Below the pieces are notes generated by a model that was given only the letters and a program-made list of their open reading frames with translations, made no database searches and was not told the DNA's origin. From Auanema rhodensis (taxonomy: Eukaryota > Animalia > Nematoda), in contig OZ059897.1 in the NCBI GenBank assembly GCA_964057225.1, forward strand, positions 8,370,001 through 8,434,000: DNA of 64,000 nt. The letters are read 5' to 3'. Both the position numbers and the translations under genes were made by a program. Position 1 is the stretch's first letter, and every line of letters begins with the position of its first letter. Below, piece by piece: positions 39,504 through 52,954 of the stretch.

Positions 39504-40332
39504 TTAACCTATCAATATCGATCCTCGTTCCATCACTCTGTTAACTAATGTACAATATTTCATAGCATTTTTGAGCGTATCCTGAAGAACAAGCGATGAG
39601 TTGTTGAACCAATAAAAAAAACCAACTTGAATAAATTCAGACACAAAATGAACTTTGGTATAGTTGCGAAAATTAATATATTTCAAGTATTCTGTGACGA
39701 AATCAAAACAGTTCCATTCAATATCATTATACATCTGAAACTATGAACTTTAAAATCTATTTAAACTCGAAAATATGCTCTACATGTGCTAAGAACTTGG
39801 AGCAATGTTCGTTGATAAAACTATAAAGTGAATTGTCGAACCAATTGCTTTCATCATTTCCAAACTGCAAGAAGCTAGGTAATAAATTTTCAAGTAGAAA
39901 CTTTATAACCTGGTATACTAGAATACTTTTATCCCATGATGCAGCAGCGGCAGTTATGCCATTAGTCCAATAAGAATGTATTACGGATTGCGAATCAGAA
40001 ATCCCTATATGAAGATCGTCGCCAATTCGATATCTTAATAATACTGGAATTCTTTTGACATAACAGGCAATGAAGAACTTACGATTGAAAAAATCCGTTA
40101 ACTGGTTTAATAACTATAGCACATCTGGCATTTACTTGCTCCACAAACGGGCAAGGTAAAGGATTATCAGACCAAGATATTGACTGGAAAATCATTTTTT
40201 ATTTCTTTTCATTCTAAGCGAAATTACGTCAATCTGTTTCTGACAATCTGGACATCGTAGATCTCCAGATGCTGGAGACATCACCAACATACGTGTAGGG
40301 CATCCAAGATGTTGAGCGTAAGTTAGGTACAT
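39504..40332 (-). CDS. MKRN2 opposite-strand (MKRN2OS)-like protein
   Basis: MYLTYAQHLGC...CPDC...PLPCPFVE...IVIKPVNGFFN|RYRIGDDLHIGISDSQSVIHSYWTNGI...W...YNDIEWNCFDFVTEYL...FVSEFI. The LHIGIS and NCFDFV motifs match this permuted papain-like family as recalled. Confidence 0.72.
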
Positions 40333-40549
40333 AAACTAGAAGAAAAAAAGAAGAATAAAACTTGTACAGCTGTGATAAGTAACATAGCAAAGCCTAGGTT
40401 GATTGGCCAATCAATCTTTAATTTAAAGAAAAATAAAATATACGAAATCTTATTCACAAAGATGAAATAAATACCTTTTCAACATGGTAGTTCAATGACA
40501 ACAATAAAGAATCAACAATATATTTAATATATAATCTCTGAGCAATATT

Positions 40550-42891
40550 CTAAGAATCGCGGGTACTTTGCATACGGAACATGAAGTAGAAAAAGGCAAC
40601 ATTCCCCAGAAAACTAGAGAAAACTAGTGTGCCAATAATAAATTTCATTCCAGCACTTAAAGAAGAACCGTTTTGCTGGCTGATAGAAGTGAATACCTAA
40701 AAAACAATCGAATTCAGGATAGTTAACATGAAACTTACAGAAGGTTCAGGTAGAACTGGAGAATCATTCATCCTTTTCATCGTTCTCTTGCTAACAGAGC
40801 TGAACGCAGAAACAGACTGAGGCCCACGTTGCGATCCGAAGACCGAAGGAGTCTTGAATCTGTCGGACAACTTAAAAAAATACATACAGAGATTTTAAAT
40901 ATAAAAACTTACAATATCACTTGTAAACGAAGGAAAAGCATGATTTTTTTCAGGAGAAAATTTGCTCAACGTACTTTTTCTGTAAAACAAATAAAAGGTC
41001 TTAAAAACTTTTCTCAACAAACCGCAACAGTTGACCATTAGCGAGTGATAAGGACGATAAAGATGGTGCTAATTCCCGCGAAGGAGTAGCCTCTCGAAGT
41101 CCAGTAAAACGATTAAACGGCTTGGCAGAACGAAGTGATGCAACACTTGTACTAACTGTGCTAGTTTCCCAATCCATATCCTATAAACTTAATTTGAGAA
41201 ACAGTAATATTGAATAGAAATAATACTTCTGGACTTTTATCACAAGTTATATTCATTGCACTAGGCTCTGGAGTTTGTGCCTTTTCACGCCAATTCATAC
41301 GGTTTTTGACAAGGGGAGGAGTATTAGATCGTTCCTAGAATATTATCTGTTTAAAAAAAGAAATGAAATTCAAACCTCATCACTTTCAAAGATAGAAGAA
41401 TCGTTTATAGTAGAGCACTGAGAAGCAGGAGTAGAGGCTACAGAGAAAGCACTAAAATATTATTTTCGACCTTGTTTAAAGAAATTGTTAACCAAACAAA
41501 CCTATGGAGAATTTTATTGGGACGCTTCCTATGTAACTTCTTTCTCGGTACAAATGTTATTGCGCTAGACAAAATAATCATAAATGAGGTAAAAGCACAT
41601 CTAAAGAGAATGAGATCTTCCTGATAATCCTGGAAAAAAAAGAAATGCTATATATAAAAAAGAAAAAAGATTTATACATACTTTTTCAGGTACAAAATAG
41701 GTAAGCAACAAAGCAACTCCTGTTGCAGGATAGATAAGATCAGGTAAGGTGGTTCTATTCCTAAAATATTTAAATTAATTCAAAATATGGAAAAAAAAGT
41801 ATACTTATTGCTATATAAAGCCAATAAATGAGCTAATAGAGATACCAGAAGGATATGTTTTCCATAATAAACCAAATACGGTAAGACAGGCTGTATAACC
41901 TCAGGAAAGTTTACAAATTCGACACCGGCATCCTGAATTATTGATATTTAAAAATAAGCAGAAAAACAAACAACCTCTTGAAGAAAATGCAGATTACCAA
42001 AAAACAGCACAGTTGTCAAGAATAAAGAGAATAAATGAGATATTTCAGTAGTCTTTCCTCCAGCAAAAAATTGTCTTCTATGTCGACGAGTTACCTAAAT
42101 ACTTCAAACTAAGTTTCAATGCAAAATATGTATATACTCTAGATGCCAATTTAACAACATTGCGACAAGCTGATTTTACACCAGGGATGATAGTATCCCG
42201 AAGATTTAGCAAATAACTAAATTGTCTCTGAAATACGTAATAAAGTTAGACCATGACACACAACAGAACTTAAACAACCTTATCGTCCTCTAACTTGCGA
42301 TGAGCGTAAATGCTGCAACTGGTACACAAAGCATACACTTTGTCAAGTTTGTATTTGAATTCTTCTAATTCTTCTTCCCATCGATTCTTAACAGAAAACT
42401 ATAGACTCACATTTTCACAGACACTCAACCTCATTGATGGGCTCGAAATCAGCTATTTGTTTCATAATAGTACCTTGTTTAATATTGCACGGGTCGCACA
42501 AGCCATTTCCTTTAGGTACCTCAGACTTTGATGAAACACAATATCTTAATACACAAAAAATAAGTAAAAATGAAAAATACTATTAATATCAAACCTTCCA
42601 TTGTTTGAAATTGTTCCAATAGTTTTCTGCCCAGGGATCCTTTTATTATAATCTCCAGACTCGTTGAAACCGTTATATTGGCCACAACTCAGACAATCGA
42701 AAGAGTTTTTTTGTGCATATGGAACTTTGCTGTTCTCATTACAGAACCAGCAATTAACAGTTGTATTTGTATGACGCCTAATATACTTATGAATTTCATT
42801 TAAATTCAAGAATTCAATAATAATACCTAATAAATTTAACTCCTGCATATCCCACTGCTGTAGTGGCAACTGCAGCAATAGTCAGCTCCAT
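40550..42891 (-). CDS. samp-1: TMEM201/Samp1/Ima1 inner nuclear membrane protein
   Basis: VNCWFCNENSKVPYAQKNSFDCLSCGQYNGFNESGDYNK (Ima1_N Zn-finger), further CxxC pairs, transmembrane exons, a Ser-rich region and a C-terminal hydrophobic helix ending ..STRDS*. Confidence 0.9.
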
Positions 42892-43084
42892 ACAAGATTG
42901 ATTAAATCAAGCTGCAATCTATATATTTTTCAAAAAAAAGTATAAAACAATATAAAAACAAGAGTAAATCGTTTAACTAGTGTACAAAAAGTAATATTTT
43001 TTGAATAATTTGAAATATTCTGCTACCGTAACACGAAAATTTCGTGTACGTAATTGTAAAAATTATTTCTGATTTGTGATTCTG

Positions 43085-44918
43085 ATGCGATTTGTTATCG
43101 TTGGAGGTGGTATAGCTGGAATATCATGTGCAACATGTTTAGCTCAGCTTCACAATCCTGAGGATGAAATTATAGTGATTTCAGGTAGTGGATATGTAAA
43201 GTGTGTCTCGAAATGGAAACGAGTTAGTTTTGTTTCCTTTTAGCTTTGTTCCCCTCTTGAAAAAATACTTTTTACAAATGTGTACATTAGTTATACTAAT
43301 TTTGTAAAAATTTAAAATCAAACTTATTTGCAAATATTTAGGTGGGACAATTTACTGAATTTTTTAACGTTACAACCGCTCCTGATATTCTTTCAAAGCA
43401 ACCTGTTTCTTTAATATTCAGTAAAGTTATCAAATTTAATCATAGTAATAAGGTATATTAAATTCAAAACGTTTCTATTTCCCGATAATTCAGGAAATTC
43501 ATTTGAAAAATGGTGAAATTATCAAATATGACAAACTTTGCATAGCTTCCGGTGCTGTACCACGAACTCCATGGTGTTCACCAAGACATTATACCTTGAG
43601 GTTCTCAAATCTTGGAGACTAACCTTGATGAAATATGATGTTTAAGGGATACAGATACCGTTGCAGCTTTCTCGGATAAGCTTAGTTCTTGTGAAAAGAT
43701 TGCGATTGTTGGTAATGGTGGAATTGCTACGGATTTAGTGTTCGTACAGTATCGTATAGTATAGTAAATTTCAATCGAGCGTATTCAGATATGAAATTGG
43801 TAGTTGCAATATATCTTGGATAATACGAGATAGCACGATATCTTCTACATGGTTTATACCGGAAGTGGAAAAGTTTCTTGAAGAACGGCTGCGTATTGGA
43901 CGGTGTAGTATGTTTTTCATCGTTGTCGTTTCCTAAATTATGTTATAGGACAACCTCTTGGGAGAGAACAAAAAGTATGCTCCTCATTAGCTCCAATAGA
44001 GAAAGATATTCATGGGTGTGCGCCAGGACCGGACTGGAAAGAAGTTGTAACTTTTCATGGTTTAACAAAAGTTTATTATATGATTAGATATCATTTCTAA
44101 TCTTTATGTCAAGGACAGAAATGTAGAGATCTTTCGAAATTGCTCCGTAAGAGATGTGGAAGATTATCCAGACCATGTTGTACTAATTACCACAACTGGG
44201 GAAAACATTAAATGCGACATAGTGCTTTGGGCTACTGGTGTTGAGCCAGATACAAAAATATGGACCGAGCATAATAGTTTAAAAATTGCTGAGGATGGGG
44301 GAATTTTGGTTGATGAGTACATGAGAACTTCGATTCAAGATGTCTATGCATGCGGAGATGTTTGTACCCCAAATTGGTCGCATCATTCAGAAAACTGGAA
44401 GCAGGTGAGAGTATAACAAGGTATATCTAAATTTCTCGAGTTTTAATTTGAAGATGAGAACATGGACTCAAGCAAGACAAATGGGAGATTACTGCGGTCG
44501 TTCAATGCACTCGTCTGATGATTCGGACTTAGAGCTTGACTTCTGTTTTGAAGTTTTTGCTCATGCTACTTCTCTATATGGCTATAAATGTATTTTTCTT
44601 GGCGATTTCAAAGGTGAGCGTCATGACAAATGGTATATACGAGAGAGGTATTTACATATCTATAATGCAATCTAATAATCGGGATTTAGAATCATAGAAG
44701 AAGATAACTATGTTTGTTGTATTATGCAAGATCATAGAGTAATAGGTGCTACTCTTGTTGGTATGTTTGAGTATAGTTTAAAAATTTTGACAAGTGTTAT
44801 AGGTGAGACTGAACTTGAAGAAACTATAGAAAACTTGATCCTCAATCGAACCAATCTTATGCATATTGAAGATAATTTTTTAGATCCTAGTATTGATATT
44901 CAAGATTTCTTCGATTAA
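43085..44918 (+). CDS. Pyridine nucleotide-disulfide oxidoreductase domain protein 1 (PYROXD1-like)
   Basis: MRFVIVGGGIAGISCA, YDKLCIASGA, LRDTDT, IAIVGNGGIA, GPDW, ATGVEP, VYACGDVC, WKQMRTWTQARQMG, FEVFAHAT, GETELEETIENLILN and LDPSIDIQDFFD*. Confidence 0.92.
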
Positions 44919-45130
44919 AATTCATGGTCATGTTGGAATTATAATAATTTTGGTCATCATAAACTTTATTATTTCACATAGCGTTCTGAACAAATATAAT
45001 AAAAGAATTGCGAACTATGAATACATAACGAGGTGAACACAACAAACGACAGCAAAGTTACAGATAACAATAATATTATAATAATGTTAATTAAAACGTT
45101 AAAATTCAGAAATTGTGAAAATGAACAACT

Positions 45131-47136
45131 CTATTCTTCTATCTTCTTAGCCAGGAACACACTATGATTATCAGCGATAGACACACTGAGAATTTTATAG
45201 TCATCCAAATGTGCAGAAGTTATTTTACGTGGTTTTTCTACAACCTTATCGTCTTCGTCTTCCTTGATTCCTAATCCTAATTGTCCACTGGTATCACATC
45301 CCCAAGAGAAAGAATCACCTAGATGTGAAAGGTATGAAAATATATTAGTAACCTCATACCATTTGGATTCCAGCAAACAGAACATCCGAGCTTAGCTGAT
45401 GCTCCAACTATTAAGTTTCCTTCAACATCAATTTTCTCTAGCTTCTCGTACCTGGTAAGTAACGTTAATAACTTATACAGTCTTATAAACTCTTACTTCC
45501 AATTATCCTGATCATCGTTACCCTTCCAAGTACCCAAACCAAGAGCATTGTCAGTATTCTTACCAATACCATAAATTTCTCCTGAACACAATAGTTGAAT
45601 TAAACAGATTTGGATTTAATTAACAACACCGTTTTCATTACGAGCAATTATATGTTGAACTCCAGAGAGATGAGTCCAGTTATGACCACTGAGAACAGAT
45701 GAAAGAGTTGGGTAGAATACACGTAATTCTCTATTGTCTTCTTCTGTAAAATCAGAAAATATATTGATATATACTCGTTGTCACTTACGCTCATCGGTAC
45801 TTTCTTCGTCCTTCTTTTCTTCTTTCTCTTCTTCGCTTGGTATTCCTAATTGACTGTAGTTATTCAGTCCACAAACATATACATTATTATCAACAGAGAG
45901 AATAGCTGTCCAATACCCATCGGCAAAGATATTCTGTAAACCATTTGCTCATAAGGTAAAGATTAAACCACAAAACCTTAGCCTTTACAACTTTTTTCCC
46001 ACCAACAAAATGCTTTACATGTAAACTGTTAGCGTCGCTAGCAGCCATATATTCTGGAAATGAGACAATTCTTCTGAAATTATTAAAACTGTAACATACG
46101 TGAACGTATTCGCTCGGTACGAACAGATCTACCTAGTTGTCCCATACTTCCGTCGCCAAATGTGAAAACACGTCCATCTTGGGAAAGCATAACTAGGTGG
46201 TTTTCGCCAGCCACAATCTAAAATATTGAAAAATTAATTGAAAAACAGATAAATGATAAACCTTAACAATTTCAGTATCTTTAGTGTGATGTAATAAAAT
46301 AATAGGATTTTTTTGCATTTGAGTGAGTTGGTCATGTACATCAATTTTTCCGTTAGCATCCTGAAATAGCTTATAAGTTCGAGATAACTTTGTGAGGCTC
46401 ACTCTTAAATTTCCCCAAGCAATTACAGAACCTTTCATTGTGAGAGCAGCTGAAAAACTTGCTCCACATGCAATCATTACAATCTAACAAATATCAATAA
46501 CTAAATTCATTTTATTCTTTCCTACCTTTCCAAGAGCATTAATAGCATCTGAGAATTCTATTTTCTTGTATTCATCAGTACTTCCTTCGGGCTCCACATC
46601 TATGAGAAGTTAATCATATCAAGTTAGCGAAAATATACTTACCTACGGCAGGTACTGTGCCCTTCTCATTGATGCCACAAGAAAATACTAGGCCATCAGC
46701 TGTGAGGAAAACAGAGTGAACGCCTCCGGCAACAGCCTAATATTTTCTATGAATAAGGTTTGCATCGATAAAAAATCTTACTTGCACAATTTCTAACTCA
46801 TCTTCTTCTACTATATCAACCTTTCTGGGTTTTTTCGAAGTTGTTCTCCCTGGGTGACCCAACTGATCTCCTTCACCACATGATAGAACTCTGTTTCCAG
46901 TGCTTGGTAAAACAAAATCAGCGTAGCTCAAATGAAGACGAACTAAAAGCAGGTTATTTCTAGTGTAAGATATTGACATCCAAAACCTGTTGTTCTAGGG
47001 GCACGTTTTGCAGAAGAAGCTTCTGATGGAGTTTGTTGTACTCTTTTTCGTCCACGACCAGGCTTGCTCTAGATAAGTACATTTTATGAAAAAGGTGAAA
47101 TAAGAAACTTACAATGCTTGCGGTAGAAGTATCCAT
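45131..47136 (-). CDS. ran-3: Regulator of chromosome condensation RCC1 (Ran GEF)
   Basis: Basic NLS-like N-tail (GRGRKR...KRAPR), then RCC1 repeats: [63 protein letters not shown] and [13 protein letters not shown]. Confidence 0.9.
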
Positions 47137-47616
47137 TTAGTATAGAAGTCTTAAATGTGAGAAAGTTATAAGAAATCTGTTAACTGATTTCTGGAACAAA
47201 AATTTTCGGTTAAAGAAATGATAACGAAAAATATTATACAGGTTGAAACACAAATTTGGAAAAATAATGATCTGATGGGTTGCTAAACAACTTAAAGATT
47301 AAACGAAAGCAATTAGTTCAGTGCACAACCGATTGCGTGAGATTTAAAAAAGAAAAGAAAACAAATTCAAATTGCATAGTACGCGATTGCGTATAGATCT
47401 TAATCAATACAGTACTGTGAGCAAAACATTTTTTAATTTTTTGAAAGGCCAACTGATATCATGCCATTTCAAATATTAGTTTTGAATATTAGATATGATA
47501 GCAAATTCAATGAAGTACTTTATCAGTCTCTTTTACGCGAAGGCAGTGAATCAAAAGGGAGAAATGAATCTTAAACCAGTTTAAAATTTATTACGCTTAC
47601 ACATAGAAGCAACAAG

Positions 47617-49007
47617 CTACAAAAATTGTGGGAAGTCTTTAGAGATTTCATCTTTTGACCAGTAAGATGATTGCGTCCCTTTCCGTGTAACAGACAAACT
47701 GGCAATTCCTGCAGCCTTACTCACTGCATCTTTCATATTTTGTCCATTGGCAAGCAGAGCTGCGAAGGAACCACAGAAACAATCGCCAGCTCCCTGTTAA
47801 TACAAATCGTTGAATGTTAAAAGATTCTTTTTACCGTTGTGTCGATGGCTTCTACCTTCATGACTGGCAGGAGTTCAGTTTCGGAATTTGTAGCAAAAAC
47901 AACTCCTTAATGATTAACATAAAATTTATATAAAGTAGACATTGTGAATACCATGAGGACCAAGAGTTACTATAACCGCGCTTGGACCCATCTCTAACAT
48001 CTGTTTTGCAGATTTAATCGCATTTTCTACTGAATTTGCTGGTATTCCTGTTATAAATTCAGCCTTAAAGTTGAAACTGGTTATTATTGACTATAGTCAG
48101 CTACTGATTAGATTTCAACAATTAAAGTGCTTCTTTTCACTATATCAACACGTAGCTATAAGTCTTATATCTCTTATCAGCTTAAGATGACAAAACATGT
48201 TTCCTTGTTTCCAATAATGTAGGAAATAAATTAATTTCTACGAAGTCATACCTCATTCTCATTTGTGCAGATGATGTCTACTAATGTCAAAATGTTTTTA
48301 TCTAAGCCACTATCGCCGGGAGCGGGGTTGAAGAATGTTTTTACTTGAAAGAAAATTGTTATATTTTGCTTTACTACATTGAGAACCTCCTTTCGAGCGT
48401 GCTAATTCAAAAATTCTCCTATTTCCATCTTGACATATTTCTGATTGGCACATAACCATGAAAGCTCCATCTAACGTCTCGGACATCTTATCAGCTTGTT
48501 CTTTGTTCATGAGTAAATTAGCACCTAGAGTGACCACGATACTATTTTCCCCTAAAACGTTAAAATGGTATATCATATTTTCGAGCACAATTGATAAAAC
48601 CATGACGATTCACAGTTATAGTTGCGGTGGCAGTAGTAGAAGCCTCAGTTTGTTCAATACCAGAAACATTCACACCAGCTTCACGAAGACCATCAATGTT
48701 AGCTTTTCCGAACAAATCTTTCCCGACCTACAATTCTAGATGATCCGAACTTGATATTTGTTTTTTTCAGCACTTTTCCTAACATATGTACATTGTTGTG
48801 AAAGCGAGTGGCAGCTACAGATTGATTAGCACCTTTACCTCCACAACCAGCTAGGAATTGAGTACCACGAACACTCTCTCCAGGACGAGGGAATTCATCT
48901 GTATAGCTTAATAAGTAACAAGAATATATATAGTAGGTTAGAGAAAATAAAAACCTTATAAGATCTTGTACAATACTTCCAAAAATGACGATTTTGTTTG
49001 AAGACAT
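47617..49007 (-). CDS. Ribokinase (PfkB family)
   Basis: IVIFGSIVQDL, PRPGES, GGKGANQSVAA, GKVGKDLFG, GENSIVVTLGAN, FFNPAP, NENEAE, VTLGPHG and AIDTTGAGDCFCGSFA. Confidence 0.95.
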
Positions 49008-49648
49008 CGTGCTAATAAATCCAATTTAAAACTATCAATCAAAACAAAAAATTACAAGAACAGTAACATTAACTAAAACTACATATTTTAATGAAAATCG
49101 ATGACCTTCTATGATAAGAATTGATTACATGTATATGATAAGGCTATTAAAAACTAAACTTTAGTAGAAGGAAACAAAATCCTTTGCTTAATCTTTTAAA
49201 TAATGAACAGACATGTACAAAATGTTTGAAGCTCTTTATTGATATAAAATCAGTGGAAAATCACATTAGGAATTGGCACTTATATTTATGTAATATTAGT
49301 AGTGAAGTAATTAGAAATAAGTAAAAGATATATTATAAATTATTACGCTGAATACAGTCTAAACAAAGAATCACATATACTAAGTGAAGGCCTTATATGA
49401 GTATTAGCTTAATTTCAATACAAAATATGCTCGATAAGATTGAAAGTGAAGTTGGTAGAAGACTTTAGAGAACCGCATAAAACTGGGCAACATGCACAAT
49501 ATATAATTTGAGATGAGATTCATTTAAATCTCAGTCATTCAGATAAAAATAGAATTCACTAATAAAGTTGTGAAATAATATAAGTTTCAAATCGAAACAG
49601 TAAAAGATTCAGCAATATGACGAATACCTAATATGAGCAAAATCCATA

Positions 49649-52600
49649 TTAAACAGCGATTCTTTGACCGGTAGTAGGAGGCGGAATATCGATGGTGTCG
49701 TTTATTGGGTTCGTGAAGGACTCAAACCTGAAATAACTGGGACTCACAGGTTTAATCAAGTAGCTTATGTCAATTTTCAATGTAATCCTAAAAGTTTAAA
49801 TCAAGCTGAAGCCTAACTAAAACTATTAGCTGGCAATACATAGCCCTGAGCGCATAAATGAGATAGAATATTAATGAATAGGTGCTAAGCACAAATAAAC
49901 GGACAAAAAAAGTTTGAAAAAAAAAGAAAAAAAAAAGAAATGAGAACTGGCCTGGTTCCATACCACAGTTCGCGGATACGATCACGCATTCGATCTATAA
50001 TACGTAGTGCTCTTACACTACGGGAGTCGCTGCCAGCGCCTGAACATGATGAAAAATAACAAAAGTTCTCAAAAAAAAGTAATATTTCATAATTGTAATA
50101 TAGCGTGCGACCACGTGCAAACCAGTAGCCCAGACGATTACTTTGAATTAAGAGTTATTTTCCCAGACGATCACATTGATAAGGTGGATTTATAACATAT
50201 GCATTGTGTTTGGGTGCGAATAAGATGAGACAAGAACATCCGAACTAAACCTTTGTGAATCTAAGTTCACCAAACCTGTCGACATTAAAATCGAATGAAA
50301 TGATGCGCCACAACTTCAAACACAAAAGGCAAAGCTCTTACTCCATCGTGCACTGTTAATTGCGTTAGTGAGAAGCTAGACACATACCTACCAAGGTTTA
50401 ATAGAGCATTTGGAGCAAACGATGCTTGAACTGTTGGTGAAGACAATTCAGCCGCTGGAGCTGAATCTACAAATTCTTTAAGAATTGAACGTTCTGCTTC
50501 AAAATTTTCAGTATATCTCTCCTGTAAAAAAATATTTTGATAGCGAGCATCAAACAAAAACTGACCTTTACAACTTCATAAGCATCCATAATAATAGCAA
50601 TGAAAAGGGAAAGAACTACATAAATAAATAGAGAGACAAAGCAGTAAATATAAATTGTTCCAAATACCTCAAAAAATTGAAATAAATAAATGTATTTAGA
50701 ATTTAAAAAGCTTACTTTGATAACGGTATTTGAATCATTAATCGTGTAAAAGGTAGCAAACATGTCGTCGCCATTAAGTAACGAGAACAGAGCTTCAGAA
50801 GACTCACCCAAAGTACGGAACTGAAATATTGAAACTATTGAGGAAAGAGTTCGGATATAAACAAACCTTCATGCTGTAAGGTCCGATGATTACCCAGCCG
50901 GCAATTAAGAATCCAGCATAAAGTACGATAGCACAAGTCATGAAACGTAACATGTTTGGCAAAGATTTCTTCATTGTCAAAATCAGAATCTAAAATATTC
51001 ATTATGAGGAACACAAAACAATCCTAAAACTTACATTATATTGACTGAAAAATCCGAAGTATCTTAGAACTCCAACGTATACAAGAAGAGCACCCATTCC
51101 CAAAAATATTCCCGTTAAAGTGAACAATGAATTGTCGAAATCCTATGAGAAAAAAACATAAAAGAAGGCATACCGCACAATGAACTTACTCGGAATTCGA
51201 TGGTTATCTTACTTACAGTTCCCACAATGATAAGAGCATCATTAATAACAATCATAACATACCTAAATTAGTAACATAACACCTTGCCTTTATGAATATA
51301 AAACTTACCATAAATTAAGAAAATCTAATTGATCTGTAATTGGAAGTTTTCTTCTCACAGTATTCTCAAAGAAATCAACAGCTTTCTGAAAACAAAGAAG
51401 AAAAAAGATAAGTAGGAGATAAGAAAGCTTACAGTCTTCAGTAAATGAGCTTTAATTAAAGCTCTAAGACATAGAATAAGAGAAAGAACACAGAATAACA
51501 AAACCAAAACATCCGTAACGCCCATAATCAGGGTATCTGTTCCCCAGCCAACGCCTAGAACAGCGGATAATTAAAATATTCTATTTGATCTGAATTTGGA
51601 AATTTTCAAATTTCACAAACCTTTAATAATTCGTCCATTACAGACATTCACATAAGAAATAACTGTTGCAAGCGTAACATGTACTTGTCCCGTATGACGA
51701 GAATTGTCGAACGTTATAGAAATCTAAGAAAAACAAAAAAATGCTTATCAACAAAATAACATTACATCGATCTTGTAGCATTCAGGCCTTTGATCACCAT
51801 GTTGTGGGCTGAAGTGAATGGTTCTTAACTTGAAATTGAAAATTACTTTAGAGATAATCAACGCATCTTCAGATGTAAACGTTAAACCTAAAAACAAAGT
51901 TAAAACCATATCGATGACAGTCGCAAACCTTTAGATTTCAAGGCTGTAATTACATTAGCTGGATCTTCTTCAATGCTTTTAACATCAGCTTCAGTGAAGT
52001 TTAATTGCATACAAACTGAAATAAAACTATATCATAATAAAAAAATAATCAATATACTCACGGGTCATGTCTCGAATATCAAAATCATAAGTGTTATTAT
52101 TAACTGTAACATTTGTGATTCTATCCACACATGCCTATAAACAGATCCAAATTTCATATAAACAACATTTTTTCAAGCTTACACTGATAGGTGGAATGAG
52201 TTTAAAATTAATACCAGCAGTTAGAGAAGCATTATGAGATTCCAAGAAAGGGTCGCGAGGAGGACGAACCATATCATAACTGAATGAAGCAAACGAGTCT
52301 GATTGAAGAGAATAATACTATAAATTATTTTTTATTTCCTATCATTTGTTTCTTTTTAGCTTACTGATGTGATGATGTATTGCAGATGTTCAAATATTCC
52401 ATTTCCATCATAAACAGAATAACGTCCTTCAGCTGGAGGATATTGTAGTGCGTCTCTATCATCATCCCAATTCTTAATGATAAAATGCAATAATAAATAA
52501 TTTCAATTTGCAAGATACCTTCAAGAATCTATGACGCATAACTGTATTAGTATCTTCCATAAAATCCACATGCGACATGCGCATTTCAGCAAAAAGAATT

Positions 52601-52954
52601 AATTGAACAGTAACAAAAACTATTTTTAGCACTTGTAATGTTAATTTATAGGGAAATTGCCGTCGAACCTAGATATATAAAATCATTCTCTGATACGTTT
52701 GGTTCTCAGTTTATACCTTCCATTTTTCTAATGGATTCATAAAAAAGAATTGAAGGTGTCTTCGTAGTCTTTCAGCTGTGTCTCTCTCTACATCATTCAA
52801 TGATTCCAAAACATCTTCAAAGTTCAATGAAGGAGCAGTGGTTCTAAACAGTTAAAGTGAGCTTATATTAGAAACAGCTACTGATATACCCTTCTGATCC
52901 TGGAATACTGCTGGCCCGACTACCAGCCCATGGACGCCCACTTCGTCGGGACAT
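49649..52954 (-). CDS. cup-5: Mucolipin TRPML lysosomal cation channel
   Basis: LRRHLQFFFMNPLEKWK, FPYKLTLQVLK, FDNSRHTGQV, LNLWYVMIVINDAL, GVLRYFGFF, GWVIIGPY, pore SEALFSLLNGDDMF and YVVLSLFIAIIMDAYE. The choice of C-terminal exon is uncertain. Confidence 0.93.

Noticed and set aside
43890-43950. Apparent in-frame TGA (recoding) at a PYROXD1 junction
   Set aside because: A canonical GTATGT donor three bases later gives A|GA = Arg. The exons I translated all read through with the standard code.
19756-49007. Nucleoside hydrolase plus ribokinase as a bacterial-style rih/rbsK cluster
   Set aside because: They are about 26 kb apart with nine unrelated genes between them and both are intron-rich. 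Linkage is probably coincidental.
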